Below the pieces are notes generated by a model, which was not told where the DNA came from, did not search any database, and worked only from the letters and a program-made list of their open reading frames with translations. A DNA stretch of 64,000 bases, from contig NC_059428.1 in NCBI RefSeq assembly GCF_021028975.2, positions 47,678,001 to 47,742,000 of the forward strand. Direction: 5' to 3'. The translations under genes and the position numbers were made by a program. This DNA is from Sphaerodactylus townsendi. Taxonomy: Eukaryota. Positions 23,053 to 36,584 of the stretch are shown piece after piece; position 1 is the stretch's first letter, and the number at the start of each line of letters is the position of its first letter.

Positions 23053-23823
23053 CTTTTGCAGAATTCACTGGAGTTCTTCTGTCATATGTACAGATAGTGA
23101 TGTAATCCTAGGGGATTAAAAACCACTTGAATAAGTTACATACTCATAGACATGTAACACAGATGATGGAAAACTTGTAAGTATGTAGCAGAAGAATGCA
23201 GCACAACCTAAGCAAAAACTTTCCTGAGACTCACTATCTAAAATCAGTGGGCAGAGAAGAACACATACTGACTCACAATATTCTAGTTTTGTGGGTGTGG
23301 AGTAAACAGAAATAGTGATCTCATAAGAAGTATCTTGTTCTGATAGATAGTACAGTGAACATCCTTTTAGTTTTGTATGCTTCCATTTCCTCTTCTCCCT
23401 TTGAAATTCCCTCTTCTCTTTTTTGGAAATAATAGTTTAGTGTTGAAGCATTAGCCGTCATGTGGATGTAGCATTTCACTCCTATGAAATCAATAGGTTT
23501 AGAGTGCAGTAATTTTACATAGCTTTGCACTACAACTCAGGTTTGAAACTGATGAAAGTTTACCACATGTGAAAGAAGTAACCCATGGAATTTTGTATGC
23601 CTATTTGTATACATTGGTTAAGCACTTAAAAATTATACAGCTGTGGTGTTCAGGATCTGCATCTAAAATCCCTATGTAATGTTCAAGTTTGGAAACTTTC
23701 TTCCAGAATGTATCTAAATTCATTCACCACTCTTTTTAGTTCTTCCTTCAGAGTGCTCTTAAACTATGGCATGATTTTCCACAGTTCTCCATAATAGAAT
23801 TATTAGCAACAATGTAGAATAGG

Positions 23824-25166
23824 CAGAGGCGTAGCTAGGGAAAATGGAGCCCGGTGCAAAATCTGAGTTTTGCGGTGGGGGGGGCATGGGCTTGAGCATA
23901 GCTGGGCCATACTTCGCCAGGTAGCTGGGCCATACTGTGCCCGGTGCACACTCTTTGTTTTCCACCCCAACCTTTTGTGGTGCCCTGCTCCCCCACACCC
24001 CAGTGGGGCTGCATAGCCCCGCCCCCACATACTGCGTAACCTGGCCCCCTGCGCGTACCTGCTGCCAGCTCCTTCTGTCCCCAGGGCCTGGGGAGGGCAG
24101 AAGCCTGCTTGCACGGTCCCCAGGAGGGTGGAAGAGAGGCATATCTAGGAAAAATGGAGCTAGGGCATAATCTGAGTTTATGATTATAAACTCCCCCACC
24201 CCATTTTCCCTAGATACAGTGGAGGGGGGAGAGAAACCAAGCCATCTGCTGATCTCACAGAGGAGCACCCAGGTCTACTGCAGAGCAGGCAGGAAGGGTC
24301 CCAGGTCTATCACTTGGGCAGGCAGCAAGGGGCCCAGGTCTACTGCTGGGCAGTCCAGTCAGTGTGCTGGCACGGGCTCTGGCGGGTCAGTGCCCTCCTT
24401 CGACTGTGGTGCCTACCTAAAAGGGAGCCTGTAGGGTCCCTAGTTTAAACACCATTGAAAGTGATGCTGTTTGAGGGTGGATTCTCCCCCCCCCCAAATA
24501 AAAACAGCATCACTTTCAATGTTGTTTAAACTGGGGACCCCACATTCTCCCTTTAAGGTGGATTTAAAAAGAGAATCTGGGGTCCCTAGTTTAAACAACA
24601 CTGAAAGTGATGCTGGCATCCCCCCCCCCCCCAGCATCACTTTCAATGTTTAAACTGTGGACCTCAGATTCTCCCTTTAAATCCATGCCGAAGGGGGTGG
24701 ATTTAAAAGGAGAATCTGGGGAAATTTTGGGGTGCCTGCTGTCAGGGGTGCAGTTGTTAAGCTAGCAGCACCAAACTTTCAGGGTATCTTTAGGAGACTC
24801 TCCTGATGATACCAGCCAGGTTTGGTACAGCGGGTCCAAAGTTATGGACCCTCAAAAGTGAAGCCCCATCTCCTATTAGCTCCCATTGGAAACAATGGGG
24901 GATGGGGCACCCTCTTTGGGAGTCCATAACTTTGGACCCCCTGAGCCAAACCTCACCTAACTTGGGTGGTATCATCAGGAGAGTCTCCCGAAAAATCCCA
25001 GAAATGTTGGTGCTGCTAGCCTAAAAACTACGCCACCTGCAGATCAAAAACTGAAAAAACACTAAAAAATACAAAAAAACCCCACAAACGAACCTGAAAT
25101 TTTTGCGACCCCCCGGCGCGCACCTGGTGCAATGCGCACCCCCTGTCCCCCTGGTAGCTCCACCTG
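23824..25166. mobile_element. Non-autonomous hAT element, 1343 bp, with internal repeats
   Basis: Ends CAGAGGCGTAGCTA...TAGCTCCACCTG; perfect 8-bp TSD AGAATAGG at 23816-23823 and 25167-25174. Confidence 0.88.
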
Positions 25167-28100
25167 AGAATAGGTATGTAATTCCAGTGTACTTAGCTGT
25201 TTATAAGAATTACTGGGCAATCGTGTTTCATTGCCAATTGTTGGAAAATTGCATTTCACAAGGAAAAATTGTATAATTTCTTGGCTTTTCAAAATTGTTG
25301 ACTCCCATAACAGAAATGTAATTAAAGATAAGTCTTTTGTAACGTTATGAAATTGTTCTCCACCAATGTAAATTCTAAGGTATTTAGGTTTGAGCACATG
25401 AAAATAATCAGTACTGATTCACCATAGCAGATTATGAGAAAAATATCTTGTGGCACAGTCTAACACATCTATTGACATCAGGAATTTACTATGATCAACA
25501 GATCTGTAATTAAAGGACAAATCAGCAGTGTTTTAAGTCAGTATCAAAAGTATTATTGTGGATTACAATCAATTCTAATATTGGGAAAATCAGTAATTTG
25601 AGTTGAAACCCTTTTAAAGTCACAGTTGTTTCAAATAATCACTGCACTGGGAACAGGTATAATGACCAAACAAGAAATAAGAAAATCTTCTGTTGTCTCT
25701 CCCCACAACTGCAATTATGCTAATTATTTTATTAATCTTTCACTTTTGCCCCTAAACTTTGAAGTTATGTCCTTAAAGGTTATGAATAATTCCAGATGGC
25801 CACCTGTGCTAGTTGCAACAAAGACATACAGGAGTTTTGTGCAGTCTTAAAGGCTAAGGAGTTTTTATTGTAGCATAATTTTTTGTGAACAAGAAAGAGG
25901 GCCTGTGAAAACTTTATGTGTGTGTGCGGGAATACTGTTTAAGGTGGCACAAGATAAGAAGGTTTTAAATTCTATTTTCTGGAAATGCAGATTTTCCCTT
26001 AAACTGCCCCACCCCCTTACACTGTAAAACAAGTATAAGCTTTCTCTCATCAACTATGTTAAAGTCTACTTCTGAAAAATATACCATTGGAAGCTGGATT
26101 GGAGCTAGTACCAGAAAAAAAGCCGCCTGGCAAAGTCCTTGTGTACAATTAAAAAAAATCATTGTTTATTTATGACCTAAATGATACTGGGTGGAGATCA
26201 CTGAGGTAATACTCCTCAAGAAAGGTCATGTGATTCAGAGAACAGGGGAGGAGTCGGCCATGCAGCATTGCTTATAGTGAAGCAAGAGCTGCATTTGCCA
26301 TCTTGCAGTGGCAAACTAGAACAAAAAGTACCATAAGTGTGTGTGTGTGTGTACATATATATATATGTTCAAAAATATATATACTATATTGAGTTGATAC
26401 TTTTGATGAAGAAACTTTTGAATGTGTCTTTAATCTCATTGAAGGGGCAGATAAAACGTTTTTAACAACCTGATTTTAGGTGTGTACAAGATATTTGAGA
26501 GTTGTGCTACTACTTTAGACTGCTGCTTAGATGGAAACATTCAGCATGATACCGTTGAGGTAGCACTACATTCTAGGTTTCAAGCATAGTTGTAATCCAG
26601 GTAATTGCAACCTGCAATATATGTTGGATAATGATGTCAGTTATTGGTTTGTAATCAAATAGAGAAACAGCAAGTTTATAAATTGCTCCAAGCCTATGAA
26701 ATGTTGTTGCTGTTTTCTGCAGTTTTTTAGCCACTATTGCAAAACAGGTTTTGCGTACAAGTTTCAGGCAACAAGCATAATGTATTCTTTTTTTCCTGGT
26801 AAGCTGAATGCCTTGAACTGTTTTCAAGTTCAACATATTTCAGCTTTCTCTTTGGAGCAGCCATTGTCGTTTTGGGGGGGACTGTGAATTGTCTTTTAAA
26901 AATCATCAGGTTTCATAACTGTAAATTGAAAGTCAATATTTCTAACTAGACATAGATTCATCTCATGATGAATCTGGTTCAACATCTGAGATTAAATGTT
27001 CCTACATTTTTAAAGAGAAACCTGTTACAGTTCATTTACTAACATGCCCTGCTTCAGCTCATTGCAAGATAAATATTTCCAGAGTAAAATTACATAATAT
27101 TCATGATGTGGAGAAGAGTCTTCAGTGAATCTCAGAGTACGAATGTATATGTATGTGATCCTGTTTCTCCTGAGTTTCTGAGGCCTAGTGTATTACTGAC
27201 TGATTACGCTCAAGGTATCTACTGCACAATGGGGGCAAATGTACAAGTTTTCTTGTGGGGATGTATTTCCTCAAACCCTGCTCTAACTTTCTGCTCTTCC
27301 CATAGCAAGAGAGACCACTTCTAACACAAATTTAATTTTGTTTTACAGCCTAAGCAGCCAGATTTGCCAATGGGCACAGTTTTGCCCTGGACCGCTTCCC
27401 TCTGCCCACAGCCAGCACGCCTAATCTTCCACCCCCTCGTGCTGATTTGCATGCTTCTCCCTTGCCCTCCTCCCTGTTGCCGACTCCTTCCCGTTTCTCT
27501 AAATGCTTGTATCACTATCAAGTAGGGCCTCTTTCTGGCTCCACCCCACCTCCCCCACTCTGCTTCTGCCCTCCCTGGTGATTGGGATGGCATTTTAAAA
27601 AACTTGCTTTCAGATAAGCTTCTATTTTAAAAATAAGCCTCTCTTGCAGCATCAGCGAGAGAGAGGGAGTGTGTGTGTGTAGGGAAATGGAAGAGACTAT
27701 CAATGAGATCTGAGCCTTTAAGGCTGTTGCTGGGTTGTGCCAAAAGAAGCTCCCAAAGGATAGAGTTGGGACTTCAGGAAGCAGCTGCATGGCAGGTAAT
27801 GGGCGGCCTCCTCATGGGTAAACAGATAAATGGGAGGACAGCCCTCTGCAAGCCCACTCTGCAGAAAAGAATCCAGAGGTAAGCATTTCCTGCATAATCG
27901 CCACTGGATGGATTGCAGCAGCTTATCCACTTACTTGCCCATTTTTTTTCGCTCATTGCAGCTCATGTTCTAGTAACTTCTGCCCATGTGAATCCCATCA
28001 TCTCTCACATATCCATTTTGGTGGTCAAAAGTGGCTCGCTCTTCTTTCACCAGAGGAAATGCTAGTGAATCCAGCCAAGTGTTTTATGATGGAAGTATTA

Positions 28101-29120
28101 TTAAATCGATTTTTAAATGGTGAACTTTTGTGTAATACATATGCACACATTCGCAAAAGCGAAGGTTGCATCTGTGGCCTTTATTAAGTTTCAGGATGTA
28201 AAGCGTAGTAACCTAAGAGAATTCAAAATTTCACCTTCACTTGGAATGTTTGGAATATTAAAATTGTACACAGTGGGTTCTTATGCCTAGTTTTGGAACT
28301 ATGTGCTACGGAAACCGGCTCCAAGTTTGCCAAGACCTGCCCTGCTGATATCATTCCTTTGTTGTTTTTTAAATAGCCCAAATCTGAAAAACGGACATGT
28401 TCTCAATTAGACTTGTATTTAAAAATAATTTGAATCTTTTTGGATTCAAGTAGGCATGACCTTTGAACAAGTTTTCATATACAGCAGAAATATTTTTTTT
28501 GTAAATATGATGTTGTGATGTCATTTAACTGTACACATACACTCCCTTCCTTAGGATGATTAAAGCTCTCTAGCGATCATAAAATTCCCTAATATATATC
28601 CTACCTCTATTTTCCGTTTTTTTCCCTGTTTCAATATTATTTAAAACTGTTCAGTAAACATAGAAAATTCTCAAACAAAATGGATATAAGAACAAAAATA
28701 AAACAAGAGTGCCTTGTTCATACTGCACTTAACTTGTCACGCTTAACTTTACAAGTGAACTGGTCTCCTAGAATATCGCTTCATGTTATTTATTTATTTA
28801 AGCCTGCCTTGGTATTTTGATGAGAATTTTTGTGCAAAGAAAAATTCTACTGACTTGGAAAATTAAAAGTGAGCTCTTGTCTTTAAGCTACTCTTGGCAC
28901 ATTTCCAAAAGAAACAACTTTGAGGCATGAAATGTGTTCAGCACATTAGTATTCCTGTTCCGAGGCAGTAAACCTCGGAAACGTATCTATCGGAAACACT
29001 TTCAAATTTTATGTAGAGCAAACACCCATTGTTTTAAAGATATGTTGACACTTGAGGCTTTTAAATTATACAGTGCACTATTTCGTATTCGTCGAGGAAC
29101 AATAAAAGCAAACTACTTAC

Positions 29121-29260
29121 CTTTAAAATCCTGAGTTGATGGAAGCTTCTTGTACGTCTGTCTTAGGATCTGATGCTTTAAAGTCATTTCCCATACTTGT
29201 GTGAGCACAAATAACAGGGCAGGATTTCCATTAAAGAGTTTCTGCTTGCTTAATCCTCCT
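29121..29260 (-). other. STX19: Candidate non-coding first exon of STX19 (5' boundary uncertain)
   Basis: Perfect minus-strand donor AAG|GTAAGT (GT at 29120-29119) in unique sequence upstream of the STX19 acceptor. Mammalian STX19 has a non-coding first exon. Confidence 0.4.
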
Positions 29261-30109
29261 AGACCTCAATCACTTGGAAAGTGCATCTTGGAAGGCTGTA
29301 GATGTGAGAGTCGGACTGGTTGCAACTTACAGCAGTAGGAGAGCGAATTGGTTACTTTATGCTTGGGGAATCTGGTTCTGCCAGTTGGAGACCAAGCCTT
29401 GTTTTGAGGCGGGCCATTCTATTCTAATTAGCCAACACCAGGAAGTATTCCTGCCTGGGTCACTTGACTTGAAGTGCAAATACATGTTGTTTTACAGGAC
29501 TCTGATCTTTAGAGAAAAGAAAAGAAAGCTTGCCTGATCATTAGATTCCTGAATTCAAAGATGTAATAAGTTAGATGCTGAGGGAAGTAGCTACCAACTT
29601 CCACTATGCTTAGTGAGGTGTCCTACAGGGACATTAACTGGAAGGGGGAAACAGAAGCAAATGAAGAATAGCCACATGTGATACTTTGGATCTGAGACAT
29701 GCAGGGTACAGAAAGTTGAATTGTCTTTAAAATAATGCTTCACGGGTAAATAAAATTGATTGTGTAAGGCCAAGGCCATAACAATATTATAAAAACAGCT
29801 ACCCATGCAATAATAAATCACTATATATAAAAAGCTAGTCATGGTAGCAACGACTTACTTCCAAGCAGTCGCCATGACTCACTTTCAGCCAATTGCCATG
29901 TACACATGGCTTGGGGGTGGGGCTTGCCAAAACAGTAGAATAAGGCAGTTATTCACTGTCTTGGAGAGTGAGTTCTACCTGGCCAAGTTACTGAGGCAGT
30001 CACCTGCTCACTTCCACATGCACTCATCAGTGTGGGGCAAGGCCACTGAAGCAGTAATGCCAGCAAACTCAGAAGAATTGGAGATGAGGCATTGGCAGTG
30101 ACTCCAGCA

Positions 30110-30730
30110 GCAGAAGGGTGCCCCTTCACTGGCCACCCTGTCATCATCAACCAGGAGTTTCCTATGGAGATGGTGGAGAACTTTCTCCAGCTTCACAGGC
30201 ACCCTGCTGGCTTGCCCCACTTTGCAAAATCTGAATCCCAGCTTTACAAATGGGGATGTGCCTGTGGAGATGGGGAGAACCTCCTCCCAACTTCACAAGC
30301 AACTGCTGCCCTCCCTTTGCAAAGCCAGTATCCAGCTTTGCAAATAGAGAGTGTGTGTCTATGGAGATTGGGAGAATTCTCCCAATCTCCACAGGCACCC
30401 TGCTACCTCATCCTTTGGAAAGCCAGAATCCTGGCTTTTCAAATGAGAGGCTGTGTTTGTGCCTATGGAGATGGGGAGAACTCTCCTAATCTTCATAGAC
30501 ACCATGCTGGCTCCTCCTCCCACCTTTGCAAAGCCAGGGTACAGCTTTGCAAATGGTGGGAGTATTCTCCCTATCTTCACAGGTACGCTGCTGGCTCCAT
30601 CCCCCTTTGCATAGCCAGGACCCAGCTTTGCAAGTGGGGGGGGGGGGTGCCGATGGAGATTGGGAGAACTCCCTCCCTTTTCATAGGCACCCTGCTGCCA
30701 ATGCAGGTGCCCATCCCACCAGTGTAAGGA
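30110..30730. repeat. ~100-bp tandem array built from two palindromic modules
   Basis: CC(T/G)(A/G)TGGAGAT-like anchors at ~30161, 30261, 30358, 30462 and 30650. Perfect 30-bp palindrome TGGAGATTGGGAGAATTCTCCCAATCTCCA at 30362-30391; repeated CTTTGCAAAG. Confidence 0.85.
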
Positions 30731-31489
30731 GTAAAAACACTGGTGGATGGGCTGTTATTCTGGCAGTGTGTTGCATGCAACTGCATGGGGCCTAAACCCA
30801 GAAGTTTGCACACATGCTGGCACCCCTCTGCTGCAGAAGCCCACTCTGGCATAAGGGGGGGATCTGGGGGCATTCCAGGGAATGGAAATGACTTCAGTCA
30901 GCATCCAGTAGAGTTTCAGCCTGGGAATATCCCCTTTTTGTGGTGCAGATTTCAAAAAATACTTTCCCAGGAGGATTTCTTCCTTCACGGCTACTCATGC
31001 CACCATTTGCTTCTTTGGAGGCACCATTCTCGGCACATGCGCTATGTCCCCCCTTCCCTTTTTGATTAGACTGCCTTTTAGAGCCAGATTTGCCTATAGG
31101 CGTGGTAGGTTGAAGCCCAGGGCCTCAAAATCCTGGGGGCTTCCGGCCAAGGTGTATAATATTGTTGACACAGTCATAGGCCTTTCTTACACATGCTGTC
31201 ATATTACACTGTTGTCTCTTAACAACACTTCAGTAATTTTCCTTACATCCCATTTTAGAATAACATTGTCTTAAGCCAAAAACTCAGCAGTAGCTTTGAT
31301 TTCTGTATTGATTGTGAATTGTGGAATTCTAAACAAATGTAATCATTCTCAGTATTACTCAATTTTGTTTAAAATATTCTTCCATCTTCCTCTAGTCATG
31401 AGGGTAGGAGATTGGGAGAGGCCTCACAAGTAGAATAGCCTAGGGATACTTTCTGTAATATATCTAAATCCCTACTCTTCTATTCCTCA

Positions 31490-33560
31490 AAACCACAAAT
31501 CATCAGTTATTTTTTATTGCCTTGCATTTAAAAACCATCAACAATTTCCAATTACCCATGAATTTAAACAGTTTTCTTTAATCAACAGTCTAATCAACAA
31601 CTTAATTAACCAATCTGAAGTCTATTATGTATAGACAAATTGTTCCACTTTTGCACATAAAGTATTCTTGTTGCATGTTTAAAAACAAAGTTCCTTTTTT
31701 CCTTTCAAATTGTCCATAAATCCCAAAAGGTATTCCTCAGGTTTCATTTGATTGTTAGTTTTTAAAACCTTCTGGATTAATTCATGGATTTGTGTCCAAA
31801 TTTTGTTAGGTTGCTTAGGAGTCCACCATGAATGATAAAAAGACCTTTTATACTGTTCACATTTCCAATATGGTTCAAAACATGTTGTTACATTTTTGCC
31901 AATTTCTCTAGTGATAAGTACCAAAGGTACATCATTTTATAAAAATTCTCTTTAAGGCTAGAACTTAAGGTAAATTTAAGACCCTTTATCCACATTTATC
32001 CTTATTGTTCCATTTGGTATATTATATCCATACTTCACAAATGATTTCATCATACAATCTTTTGCATGTTCTCCTGTCTGAATCTCAACAAAAGTTTATA
32101 AGTCTTAGCTATAACATGGTAATTATTTGTCCATAAATCCTTTTCAAATTCACTCTTATTGTACTCAAACCCATAAAAATCTTTTGTCAACCTTTAATCT
32201 TTCTAGCAGTTGTGCATAAAAAACCCCAATTACAGAAATTTCCTTCGGTTAATTATTCTCTATTTCATTTTACATTCTCCTTATAAAATGTGGTCTCCAC
32301 CTGTTTCCAAATATAATTTCTTGCTTAAATAATGTTTCTTGCAGAGAGAGCTACTTTGGTGTTTTTTGACATAGTCTAGATTTATGTTTATTCCATATTC
32401 TCAGAGTGGCACACCTAATATTACGATTATTAAAATCCTTATTCATTTTAACTTTGTCATACCATAAATAGGCAGGCCATCCAAATCTCAAATCACATCC
32501 CTTTTGATCCAGCAGTCTTCTATTTCACAGCATAACCCATTCCTTCAAGCAGGCCAAACAGCAGGCAGCAAAATACTGTTTCAAATTAAGACCTCGTTTT
32601 TCTTTGCATCTTGCAAAATGTTATATTTAATCTGACATTGTTTTTTACGTTGCCAAGCAAAGTTAGATATATCCTTCTACCATTGTTTAACTGGAATGTC
32701 AGTTGTTAATACTGGTATTGTTTGAAACAAAAATAACATTCTTGGTAGTACATTCATCTTAATCATCAAATTCTCCCCAGCAACAGTGGCTCGAGTTTAT
32801 TCTACCTTTAAAAAATCTTTTTTAACTTCATTCCATTTTTTAACATAAGCCCCTTCGCGCTTGCGAGGCAGAGAGGGGTTGAATTCGACATGATCCACGC
32901 CCGACCAGCCGGCAGCTAAAGGACCATCGCATGGGGCGAGTCCCAGAACCCGGCTGGGATGGCGGCGCCGCGGAGAAGCTGCCGTCAGCCCGGCAACCGG
33001 CTTGTCCCTATATGGGCCTCGACGACGCGTCGCTTGAGGCCTGGAGACCACGCCGGCCCTTCACGCCTGCTTGAGTGTATGCAGGGCAGGGGGGCGTGTC
33101 CCCAGGCCTCGGCGACAGCGCCGGAAACCAGAGACCAGATAAGTGGCGAGGTGGGAAGTGGGGGGGGAGGGTGCCTTGGAGCCACTGCCGTTTGCACGGC
33201 AGCGGCTCCAAGCCGGCATTTCCAAACAACCTCGCTCCCCGAGCGAGGTTGGGAAATGCTGGCTTTGTGCCAGTCGGGCGACATGAGGGCGGCGCGGCTG
33301 CGAAGCAGCTGCGCCCTCTATACTGATAACTCTCCCTAGGGAGAATGGCGGCGTTTTTTTGCCGTCCCCAGAGTACTCATGAAACGCCTGCACCAATGTC
33401 TTGGAGGAAGGGCCATAGTTACTTTAAAATAACATATAGTTCATATTTGTAGACATAATACCCAAGCATTCCACCTTTTTACAAACTTAACTGTTTAACT
33501 CATCAATTCTATTTGAACTTGTGGTTTCATATTTATTATTACCTTTGTGTTCTATTTATT
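31490..33560 (-). mobile_element. L1-clade LINE ORF2 fragment, decayed, interrupted by a MITE
   Basis: KMNVLPRMLFLFQTIP (RT thumb region, ~32713-32760) and a C-terminal Cys/His knuckle remnant (WKCEQYKRSFYHSWW). The frame NYVKKW rejoins across the MITE. Confidence 0.8.
32848..33414. mobile_element. GC-rich PIF/Harbinger-type MITE nested in L1
   Basis: Ends AGCCCCTTCG...GGAAGGGCC, similar to the TIR at 5850; TSD ATA at 32845-32847 and 33415-33417; abrupt GC shift. Confidence 0.75.
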
Positions 33561-34242
33561 AATTTTAAAAACTGCAAGTGCATCAAATTCATAAAGACTG
33601 TTTATGAAAGGTGATGCCGGACAAATAAGTAGCTCTAATGTGATCCAGTTTTTGGCGTTTACGCCATGGTGGTGGCGGGGAGGGGGGGGGAGGGAAATCT
33701 GGAGCTAATAATTATATCCCTGCCTAAGGTGCCATCTATATTAAATATCTGATTCTGAGTTTTAAACCCGTCTGGAGGAAAGCCCTAGACATCAACAGCT
33801 ATTGGGTAACAGCAGAAAAGCCTGTAATAACTAGCAACTCTGAAAGTGTCTGTATTTCTGGAGCTGAATAAAGCACTTCCTAGAAAGATGACTAGAGGGA
33901 GAATTCTTCAACTTTCTCCAGTACTTAATTAAGGCAACGTGGACATGGGCCCTAAAAGAAGGCCAGTTTTGGCTTGTATCATGGCAGCTGGAGTGCCCTG
34001 AGGCAAATTCAAAATTATTCTTAAAAAAGATTGTGTATATAACACAATTCTTCATTTTACTGAATGTATGTATTGCTATTAGTTCAGCTAATGAAAGAGC
34101 GTGTGTGGCTGTAACACACCTTTAATTTATCCACTTGATGAATTTTAGTTAGTAACAATGCATGAACACCAGTCATTTGTAGAATGCATACGTCCTCTTT
34201 TACCCATGCTCTTGAAAAATGTATACTTCATTTGTTCACTAA

Positions 34243-34613
34243 AGGCCCATTCTCACTTAAATTTCCTCATGTGGTTGCCCTGAGGATTTTCAGTCAGATG
34301 TGTGCAGGGAGCTATGTGCTTTTAACAAATGTATGTTGGGCCAATTCAGGTCCACAGGGAGAGGGGGCCTAAGCGTCACACACCCCTTCCCCCATCCTAC
34401 TTTCTGGGGAACCAAGGTTTTCTCTGTTGGGGAGTATGCATGTACTGTTTGCGATGGGAAAACGGTACAAGGAGGAGGCTTCAGCTCTCTCTCTTCATGG
34501 TCCCAGCTCAGCCCTGAGAATGAATTTGCTTGCATGGGACTCCCAGACTTTGTCTCTTGACCCAGTATTTGGAGTGGGGAGAGTGCAAGGGACTCTAAAG
34601 TGTGAATTATCCC
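34243..34613. mobile_element. PIF/Harbinger-type MITE, diverged
   Basis: Imperfect TIRs AGGCCCATTCTCACTT and AAGTGTGAATTATCCC, flanked by TAA on both sides. Confidence 0.55.
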
Positions 34614-35314
34614 TAAGGGTTTATTTCATTTTATCAAATTTTCATTTTCTTTTTTAATGTCTTTCCCTGAATATGACCCTTTAAACTTTGCTGAAGAAAT
34701 GTACTCAAGTCAAATTGTGATGAAACCTCTATAAGAGCATGTAAAATCTGTAACTTTGATTTTTCTAATTTTATTGAAGGGAGATTGAAATTAGTATTTA
34801 TGCATTTTTACCTGTGTAAGTATACAAAATACTGTATGCTCCACTGGTATCTTGCAGTATCATTGTTCACAAGCAGGAGAGCTTCTAGGCATGAATAAGT
34901 AAAGGTTAGTGTCCATGCTGTTAAACTGGAGACTTGTTAGGTCTCCTAGCAGAACAAGATGTGTTCCATCAGTTCTTGAACTTTTCTAACTGACTTGGAT
35001 CTCATGATACATTTCTGCTTATGGAAGGCATTTCTGTGAGCAGAACCGGACTCCTTGTCTCCCACAAAAAGATGCCTGACATGCTGCTTCTGGGGGACCA
35101 GCAGGGACAGTTGGAAGTCCACAGTATATGTTTGTATCGGGGTGGGGGGTCACAGGAAATTGGCTTCCCTTTCAACAAACTGTTTAAACATGTATTATTT
35201 AAAACGGGGACTAATACTTATAGGCTCTTTATATCTAATTTTTGCCATAGGTGTTAAAGCATCTGATGTTATCTATCCCACTCTGACTTGTTGGTTTGTC
35301 TTATTTTGCTTGCT

Positions 35315-35515
35315 GCAATTTTATCTCACTCCTTCTCCCAGGGGCTTAGGCTAGCATTCATGGTTTCCCCTCTTCCATATTATTTCCCAACAACCCTATG
35401 AGGTAGGTTATGCCGAGGGAGAATGACTAATCCAGTAAATTTGATTGCATGTAGTGATTTGAACCAGAGTCTCCCAAGTCTTAGTCCACCATTCTAATTA
35501 CCGCCACATTGGCTG
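35315..35515 (-). mobile_element. Diverged CORE/Squam3-like SINE
   Basis: CAACAACCCTATGAGGTAGGTTA...GATTTGAACCAGAGTCTCC resembles the 12208-12517 element. Confidence 0.5.
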
Positions 35516-36062
35516 TCACGCGGTGCCTTTGTGGGACACTACTTGGATCCTCATGGGCAGCACAGTATAGACTGTGCTGTAAGGAAAAACTTACTTGATA
35601 ATCAGCATTGTGAGACACCAAACCTTCGGACTGTTTGATTTTCAGGGGGAGTCAGCCATTTTGCACATGAGGTCCTCAGGATTAGAACCAGTGTGTAACT
35701 AAGGCAACCTGTGTGCCAATAATTAAATAGCTAATACTTCTATCTGATTTCCTTTTAGAAAAGGTCAATCCTAATTAGTAGTCACTCTATAAATGTGATG
35801 TTTTTAAGGCCGATAACATATCAGCTTGAACAGTTGCGATCAAGAAGTAAGCACAGCATGCCTTAACAATAATTAACATGAGATTATTAATTTGATCTGC
35901 CAAGATCTAGGCAACCCAGGTGGTATACTCCACTACAAAGCGATTATTAATTAATATCAGAGCCTGTGTTTGAGGTTAGTAACAGTATATAATTTTTTTG
36001 ATTGTTCACTGCTGGAAGAATTGAAAGTTTCTATCTCCTGTAATTTTGCTTATTTGGTCTGA

Positions 36063-36254
<192 letters not shown>

Positions 36255-36584
36255 TAATAAGGTCTTATTTGGTGACTTCCTTAAATTTGATGCATGGGTC
36301 AGGCTGAAATTGTATAATCCTGTCATGTCATTCAGCCCTACAAAGCAGCTCTTGCCTTTGCACTTCTGAGTTCTGGTTGCAGTTGTTGTGCCAAATAAAT
36401 GATTTTAAAATGATCTGGTGTCTTAATGCCAAAACCTAGCACTGGGTTCCACATACATTCTTTGCAACATCTGTGGTTACAATTAGCCTGGTTGGACGCT
36501 TGTTCAATTATTTATTTTTAAATATGAATGTTAACCTTAAGCGGAAAAAAACCCAATAACTTTATTATAATTCAAGCAGTGGCA

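Noticed and set aside
30092-30727. 211-aa ORF
   Set aside because: Translation of the palindromic tandem array; no splice or homology support.
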